Source: Gammaproteobacteria bacterium (GTDB taxonomy: Bacteria > Pseudomonadota > Gammaproteobacteria > SZUA-21). Taken from it: DNA of 54,015 nt. A model generated the notes under the pieces. The model searched no databases. It was not told the DNA's origin and saw only the letters and a program-made list of their open reading frames with translations. The translations under genes were made by a program, and so were the position numbers. Shown here piece after piece: positions 48,431 to 54,015 of this stretch. Within the stretch, counting starts at the first letter, position 1. Each line of letters starts with the position of its first letter. The stretch covers positions 1 through 54,015 of the forward strand of contig QILK01000008.1 in NCBI GenBank assembly GCA_003233345.1, given 5' to 3'.

Positions 48431-49133
48431 ATATGCGCTTGATGCTAATGTGAGACAGAAATAGAAATAACCCAGTCGCCGTACAATAAAAAATTATATC
48501 CGTCGATGTTAGCAAGCCGCGCATAAAATTATTGAGATGTGCAAACAGGGAGAAGGTCAAGAGAATTTGGTCAAGCCATGCGATCCCGGTATTGGTAAAC
48601 AGCTCAATAAACATAAAAAACAGCAATATCAGCAGTGACCCGCCAATGGCGAGAATCGGTATTGTTGTTAAGCTACAGATAAAAAAGCAAATAGCGGTAA
48701 AGCTAATGATGCAAATCAAAGTGCCTATCCAGTAAGCGATAATGGCGGCGTAATCTGCTGAGCTTGCCAGTACGGTACTGAGTGCCATCATTAGCGCTAA
48801 CGATAGTAATAGCGTTAAATAAACACTTACACCGATGAATTTTCCGAAAATAATTTGCCAGCTGGAAATGGGTTTGCTTAATAAAAAAATAAGCGTTTCG
48901 TTTTGTCTTTCCATCGTTAGCGTTTTTACACTTAGTATGGGTACGATAAACAATAGCAAGTAAAGCGATATTTTGAATAGCCAGCTAACAATGTCATTGA
49001 CGTTTTCGCTGTATATTCGCGTAAAAAGCAGATAGGACAAACCCAGTAACAATTGAACGATAGCCAGTATTATCCACGCGGCAGGGGTTTTAAATAAGGT
49101 TGCAATTTCCTGGCGTGCAATCGTTAAGGTCAT
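48417..49133 (-). CDS. GldF-like ABC-2 permease
   Basis: IARQE...F.TP.AW, ER...T...LL..P, GKF; multiple TM helices. Confidence 0.87.
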   Translation of the reverse strand: MTLTIARQEIATLFKTPAAWIILAIVQLLLGLSYLLFTRIYSENVNDIVSWLFKISLYLLLFIVPILSVKTLTMERQNETLIFLLSKPISSWQIIFGKFIGVSVYLTLLLSLALMMALSTVLASSADYAAIIAYWIGTLICIISFTAICFFICSLTTIPILAIGGSLLILLFFMFIELFTNTGIAWLDQILLTFSLFAHLNNFMRGLLTSTDIIFYCTATGLFLFLSHISIKRIYEQG

Positions 49134-50113
49134 GGTTGCTTTAGCGCTCTTAGTTTTTCAACAGAATGAACTTTGTTAATGTCACCGTGTTCACTGTCGA
49201 GCATTTTTCCAAAAATATCCTCGAGAGAATCTTCAAAGGGACGAATTTCGACGATTTCCCAGTTTAAGTCAGCTGCTTTTTTCAAAACATTTTTTATAAC
49301 TTGGTTGCGATCATTACTCGTTAACTTAACTGACCCGTTATCCAGGCATAGCGCTTCTGTGACACCGCCAATATTAAGCAACAACTTTTTATCGGGCGCT
49401 GTTGTAAACCGTATGAGAAGATTTTCCTGAGTAGAATGTTTTTTGATTTTGGCTATCGGTCCAAAAAATAACAACCGACCATGATTAAGCATGGCAACTT
49501 TATTACAACAGGCTTCGATTTCTGACAATATATGGCTACAGAGCACGATCGCGCACGATTGCCCCAGCTCCAGAATAAGGTCGCGTATATTTTTGTTTTG
49601 TATGGGATCAAGACCGTCACTAGGCTCATCAAGTAACAGGATATCGGGTTTGTGCAGTATCGCCTGGGCGATATTGGCTCTTTGCATGATTCCTTTGGAC
49701 AAGTTTTTTACCAATCGATTGCTGGCCGCAGACAGATCACATTTGTCTTTCGCCCAGGAAACATTTTTTTTGATCTGTGATTTGTCTAACCCGTATAAAG
49801 TGGCCGCATAGACTAGATTTTCATGTACCGTTAAAATCGGGTTTAGCAGGTTTTTATCCGCTTGGTAACCAATGTGACGGCGCAGTTTTGGCGAGTCGAG
49901 AGAAAAATGCTTGCCCAGTATTTCAATCGAACCGGATGTCGGTTTTTGCAAGCCCGCCAGCATTCTTAACAGACTGCTTTTACCTGAGCCGTTGGGCCCG
50001 AGTAAGCCTAGTATATTACGCCAGGATAATTCCAGGCTAATATTATCAACACCCTTTTCATTAGGGTATTTATAGGTAAGATTATTGATGCGCAACACAA
50101 TATCGGTATTCAT
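49130..50113 (-). CDS. GldA-like ABC transporter ATP-binding protein
   Basis: GPNGSGKS, LSKG..QR, LDEP..GLDP, SHIL. Confidence 0.9.
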   Translation of the reverse strand: MNTDIVLRINNLTYKYPNEKGVDNISLELSWRNILGLLGPNGSGKSSLLRMLAGLQKPTSGSIEILGKHFSLDSPKLRRHIGYQADKNLLNPILTVHENLVYAATLYGLDKSQIKKNVSWAKDKCDLSAASNRLVKNLSKGIMQRANIAQAILHKPDILLLDEPSDGLDPIQNKNIRDLILELGQSCAIVLCSHILSEIEACCNKVAMLNHGRLLFFGPIAKIKKHSTQENLLIRFTTAPDKKLLLNIGGVTEALCLDNGSVKLTSNDRNQVIKNVLKKAADLNWEIVEIRPFEDSLEDIFGKMLDSEHGDINKVHSVEKLRALKQP

Positions 50114-50217
50114 AGCTTAAACAGGGTTACAACAATAATGCCAGTTCAGCTTGTTAATGAAATAAACTTGTGTTTGCATAGTTCATTAACCAACTAAAAA
50201 TCTGGTGTTATTTGCCA

Positions 50218-52200
50218 ATGAAAATTCTCGGGATCGATACCGGTGGAACGTTTACCGACCTGGTTTATTATGACCATGGTCGTGTCAGTGTGCTTAAAGT
50301 ATTGTCGACACCGGATGCCCCTGAGCAGGCTATTTTTGATGGTATTATGCAAATGGGTGTTAAACTGGGCAGTGATGTTGATATTGTTCACGGTTCAACC
50401 GTGGTAACCAATGCGGTTTTGGAACACAAAGGTGTGCGTACAGCTTATATCGGTAACGGCGGTTTTGCCGATCTATTATCGATCGGCAGGCAGGCGAGAA
50501 AGTCGCTTTATCAATTGCAACCCACGGTATGTCAGCCACCAGTACCCGCTGAATTATGCTTTGAAGCCGATTGTCGCGTGGCGGCCAACGGGGAAATAAT
50601 TACGCCATTGTCAGCAGCAACAATTGACAAGCTGGTGCGGATGATCATGGACAGCAAACCCAGGGCGGTGGCGATCAATCTGCTGTTTTCCTATATTGAT
50701 GGCAGCCACGAAAAGCAAATAGCTGATCGACTTCCCAATTCGATATTTATATCTTGCTCGTCCGAGCTGCTGGCGGAAAGCCGGGAATTTGAACGCGGAA
50801 TAGTTACCTGGCTTAACGCCTGGATCGGACCTATTGCCAATGCCTATTTACAAAAACTGCAAAGCAAAATATTACCGGCAGGATTAACGGTTATGCAAAG
50901 CAGCGGGGGTGCTATTAGCGTTGAGCAGCTAGGCAAAAAACCGGTAAACCTTTTGCTTTCAGGCCCGGCAGGCGGGTTAGTTGGAGCGCAGTATACAGCT
51001 GCAAACAGTCACAAGACCCGGCTGTTGACCTTGGACATGGGCGGTACTTCAACGGATGTTGCCTTAATTGACAAAGATATCAAACTGACATCAGAGGGTA
51101 AAATTGGTGATTACCCGGTCGCGATGCCGATGGTAGACATGCATACTATTGGTGCTGGTGGTGGCTCGATTGCGTCTGTGGACCAGGGCGGTTTACTGCA
51201 TGTCGGCCCTGAATCAGCGGGTGCGACACCGGGTCCGGCGTGTTACGGAAATGGCTCAGGACTGGCGACGGTAACGGACGCTAACCTAATCAGCGGCCGG
51301 TTGCTGGCAGAATATTTTCTCGGCGGCCGGATGATGCTTGACCATGATGCGGCGACCAGTGCCATTCGGTTGGTCGCTGAAAAGCTCGATGCCAGTATTG
51401 AGGAGGCTGCCGAAGGGATTATCAGCATTGCCAACGAACATATGGTCGCTGCGTTAAGAGAAATCAGCGTACAGCGTGGTATCGATCCACGGCCTTTTAC
51501 CTTGGTTTCTTTTGGTGGCGCAGGTGGATTGCATGTCTGTGCATTAGCGGACGCACTCGATATGCAAAGTATCTTGGTTCCGGTACACGCCGGTGTTTTA
51601 TCGGCACTGGGTATGTTGGTGTCACCACGATCCCGACAATTATCCCGGTCGGTTAATGTTGACCTTGATGGATTGACTTTGCCGGGCATTGAAACCGTTT
51701 TTGATCAACTGATAAAGACCGGGAAACAAGAAATGCTCGCGGACGGTGTCAAAGAAATGGAAATGAGCATTCACAAAAGCGCTGATTTGCGCTACCAGGG
51801 TCAGTCCTATTTTATTAACCTTGACTGGCGGGAGCTTTCTGGACTCGAAATTGCTTTCCATAATGCGCACCAGCAACGTTATGGGCATAGATTGGAGCGA
51901 AAAGTGGAATTGGCAACGATACGGGTGAGCCTGGTATCAGCCGCTGCCACTAAAAATTTGCTGGCTGAAAACCTAAAGCTATCACCAAAGAAGCACAATC
52001 GGGTTAGTGACAGTGATAAAACTAAAACCGCGAACGGGGTACCTGTTTACCAAAGACAATCGATAAAGGTAGGTGATTTTATCAATGGGCCAGCATTGAT
52101 AATAGAGGAAGTCGCTACGATATGGATAGAGCGCGCTTGGCAGTGTCGTCTTGATGTGGCCGGCAACCTTTTAATAAAACGGGTTATCAGCAAAAACTAG
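50218..52200 (+). CDS. Hydantoinase A / 5-oxoprolinase subunit A
   Basis: GIDTGGTFTD, HGSTV.TNA.LE, SGPAGG, DMGGTSTD, GAGGGS, SAGA.PGPACY. Confidence 0.92.
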   Translation: MKILGIDTGGTFTDLVYYDHGRVSVLKVLSTPDAPEQAIFDGIMQMGVKLGSDVDIVHGSTVVTNAVLEHKGVRTAYIGNGGFADLLSIGRQARKSLYQLQPTVCQPPVPAELCFEADCRVAANGEIITPLSAATIDKLVRMIMDSKPRAVAINLLFSYIDGSHEKQIADRLPNSIFISCSSELLAESREFERGIVTWLNAWIGPIANAYLQKLQSKILPAGLTVMQSSGGAISVEQLGKKPVNLLLSGPAGGLVGAQYTAANSHKTRLLTLDMGGTSTDVALIDKDIKLTSEGKIGDYPVAMPMVDMHTIGAGGGSIASVDQGGLLHVGPESAGATPGPACYGNGSGLATVTDANLISGRLLAEYFLGGRMMLDHDAATSAIRLVAEKLDASIEEAAEGIISIANEHMVAALREISVQRGIDPRPFTLVSFGGAGGLHVCALADALDMQSILVPVHAGVLSALGMLVSPRSRQLSRSVNVDLDGLTLPGIETVFDQLIKTGKQEMLADGVKEMEMSIHKSADLRYQGQSYFINLDWRELSGLEIAFHNAHQQRYGHRLERKVELATIRVSLVSAAATKNLLAENLKLSPKKHNRVSDSDKTKTANGVPVYQRQSIKVGDFINGPALIIEEVATIWIERAWQCRLDVAGNLLIKRVISKN

Positions 52201-52409
52201 CCAAAACTAGTGAGTTCATCTGGGGTGGGCAACATTGAATTAGGCTATACTGGTAACGGCTAGCGAGCTGTTATTTATTTAACCACTATATTTTTCTGGA
52301 CGCTATCCATTGAATGCTATATATTGGGTTCATTATAAATAAAAATAAACGTAACTTATTGTATAGCAACGAAAAATATTTATTTAGCTAACGAAACATA
52401 GGCATTTAT

Positions 52410-53618
52410 ATGATTGATACTATTCTTTATTTTCTAGCCAACGGATTAGCGAACTTTAGTTTAGGTGTGATGGCGATAATTTTATTAGTCTCTGTACAGG
52501 CGACTATTCTCTGTGTCACACTTTATTTACATCGTTGCGAGACTCATCGTAGCATCGATATTCATCCCGTGTTATCGCACCCGATGCGATTGTGGTTGTG
52601 GTTATCGACCGGCATGATTACCAAAGAATGGGTTGCTATCCACCGTAAGCACCATGCGAATTGTGAAACAGCGGAAGACCCTCACAGCCCTAAAATTTTT
52701 GGACTTAAAAAGTTATTACTGGGCGGCTCGGAGTTATATCGAAATTCAGCAAAAGACCAGGACCTACTTGATCGCTATGGTCATGGGTGTCCTGATGACT
52801 GGGTCGAAAATAAAGTTTATACGCCAGGTCGAACGTTAGGTGTATCGATAATGCTGGTCATTAATGTATTAATATTTGGTGCACTTGGTCTTGTTTTTTG
52901 GGCAGTGCAGATGATTTGGATACCGTTTTGGGCGGCGGGTATGATTAACGGTACTGCGCACCATGGGGGTTACCGAAATTTTGAAACGCCGGATCAATCG
53001 ACAAACATCCTGCCCATCGCATTCTGGATAGGCGGTGAAGAGTTACATAATAACCATCATGCTTTTCCAAGTTCGGCAAAATTTTCAACCAAATGGTGGG
53101 AATTTGATATTGGCTGGATGTATATTAAAATTTTATCGTTTTTTAGACTGGTAAAGGTCAAAAAGGTAGCACCGAAAGTTTGTATCGATACGGAAAAAGA
53201 TTTGATCGACCTGGAAACTATAAAAGCGATCGTAGTCAATCGAGTCAATGTCATGGCCAGCTATGCCAAGCAGGTGATTGCGCCGATTGTTAAATCATCG
53301 GTCAACGAACGCGAATCCGATAGAGAATTCAGTGCCAAGAAGGTAAAGTCTTTAATGGTTAAAGAGCATTGTATGATGGATGTCAAATCTGAAGATGATT
53401 TGAATCAGGTCTTGGGTGATAGCCATATGCTGAAGACTATTTATAACTTTCGTATTCAGCTCCAGCAGGTATGGGACCGAGCAGCAACCAACCATGACAA
53501 TCTTGTGCAAGCGTTAAAGGACTGGTGTGTCCGCGCTGAAGAGACAGGTATTAAAGTGTTGCAGGACTTTGCACTAAGCTTGAGAGGGTATACCCAAAAG
53601 GCGCCTGCTACTTCTTAA
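52410..53618 (+). CDS. desA: Delta-9 fatty acid desaturase (DesA type)
   Basis: His boxes HRCETH, HRKHH, HNNHH; GEELH; helical C-terminal extension. Confidence 0.9.
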   Translation: MIDTILYFLANGLANFSLGVMAIILLVSVQATILCVTLYLHRCETHRSIDIHPVLSHPMRLWLWLSTGMITKEWVAIHRKHHANCETAEDPHSPKIFGLKKLLLGGSELYRNSAKDQDLLDRYGHGCPDDWVENKVYTPGRTLGVSIMLVINVLIFGALGLVFWAVQMIWIPFWAAGMINGTAHHGGYRNFETPDQSTNILPIAFWIGGEELHNNHHAFPSSAKFSTKWWEFDIGWMYIKILSFFRLVKVKKVAPKVCIDTEKDLIDLETIKAIVVNRVNVMASYAKQVIAPIVKSSVNERESDREFSAKKVKSLMVKEHCMMDVKSEDDLNQVLGDSHMLKTIYNFRIQLQQVWDRAATNHDNLVQALKDWCVRAEETGIKVLQDFALSLRGYTQKAPATS

Positions 53619-53643
53619 TAGCTGCTATTGATATGTTTGATCT

Positions 53644-53671
53644 AAAATCCCGCTTTTGCGGGATTTTTTTT
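53644..53671 (+). terminator. Intrinsic terminator
   Basis: AAAATCCCGC-tttt-GCGGGATTTTTTTT. Confidence 0.9.
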
Positions 53672-53707
53672 GAATTTGGATTCAGAGCTATTATCCTTTT
53701 TTAGTAC

Positions 53708-53813
53708 GCCCCTCTTTCTACGGTCAGTCACAAGTTTTTTTTTCACTCCACACCGTAGCTCAGTCGCGAAAAAAAATCTTCTGACTGACCGTAGAGGGGC
53801 TTCCAGTGAATTT
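53708..53813. repeat. Palindromic repeat, family B copy 2
   Basis: GCCCCTC..CTACGGTCAGTCACAAG-T9...A8-TCTTCTGACTGACCGTAGAGGGGC long hairpin. Confidence 0.75.
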
Positions 53814-53845
53814 GATATTGTTATTCTTCTTTATAAGGGATTTTA

Positions 53846-53900
53846 GTTGAATTTAGGCGGGTTATTTTCCCCGGCATTCGCTGCGCGAAGTGCGGGCTAC
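53846..53900 (-). repeat. Solo, slightly degenerate GTAG REP (left arm with AATTCAA)
   Basis: TTGAATTT...CCCCGGCATTCGCTGCGCGAAGTGCGGGCTAC; two mismatches to the REP consensus. Confidence 0.85.
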
Positions 53901-53925
53901 GTTGATGGTTTAGGGGCTTTTAGCT

Positions 53926-54015
53926 GAATTCAATGGAAGCCCGTCATCCGCGAGTCAGAAGTTTTTTTCAGCGTCATTACAACCCCAGTTGTCTGCGCTG
54001 AAAAAAATCTTGTGG
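53926..54015. repeat. Palindromic repeat, family B copy 3 (cut by the window edge)
   Basis: AATTCAATGGAAGCCC...AGTCAGAAG-T7-CAGCG...CGCTG-A7-TCTTGTG; homologous to the reverse complement of copy 2. Confidence 0.7.

Noticed and set aside
50144-50186. GTTCAG and GTTCAT upstream of hydantoinase A as another PhoP-like box
   Set aside because: Isolated half-sites 37 bp apart, without the 11-bp pairing or the correctly spaced TATAGT
53753-53766. CCGTAGCTCAGTCG resembles a tRNA 5'/D-arm
   Set aside because: No anticodon arm, GTTCRA T-loop or acceptor stem follows; it lies in the loop of the family B hairpin
26252-53900. Recurrent ~31-bp palindromic repeats as a CRISPR array or integron attC sites
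   Set aside because: They occur as dispersed inverted pairs rather than tandem direct repeats with spacers; no cas genes, integrase or RYYYAAC/GTTRRRY ends

Overview
Chromosomal window from a moderately AT-rich gammaproteobacterium. Most of it is recognisable core genome: mrcA divergent from pilMNOPQ-aroK-aroB-dgt-(WGR)-damX-like-hemE; rpmE-nuclease-malic enzyme; lpxT; hemW, rdgB, rph; yicC-gmk-rpoZ-spoT-ridA; ggt; mutM; a Gld-like ABC transporter; hydantoinase A; a fatty acid desaturase; ybbAP/tesA; nsrR. No rRNA, tRNA, CRISPR array, transposase or prophage was seen. The best candidate for an undescribed system is at about 1.8-4.0 kb: three tandem paralogous, secreted, helical proteins (two His/Arg-rich with a shared HxxHHxxH motif). 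Each has the same promoter architecture, RTTCAG-N5-RTTCAG-N11-TATAGT, which matches a Pseudomonas-type PhoP/OmpR-family box. Other unexplained structure includes a family of ~154-bp GTAG REP doublets (REPIN-like) that supply the stop codons of hemE and hemW and the C-terminus of the malic enzyme, a second hairpin repeat family, a DnaA-box cluster (DARS/datA-like) near 29.7 kb, a frameshifted carbonic anhydrase remnant and an S24 peptidase-like protein lacking its catalytic Ser. All calls come from motif recognition by eye; no database searches were run.
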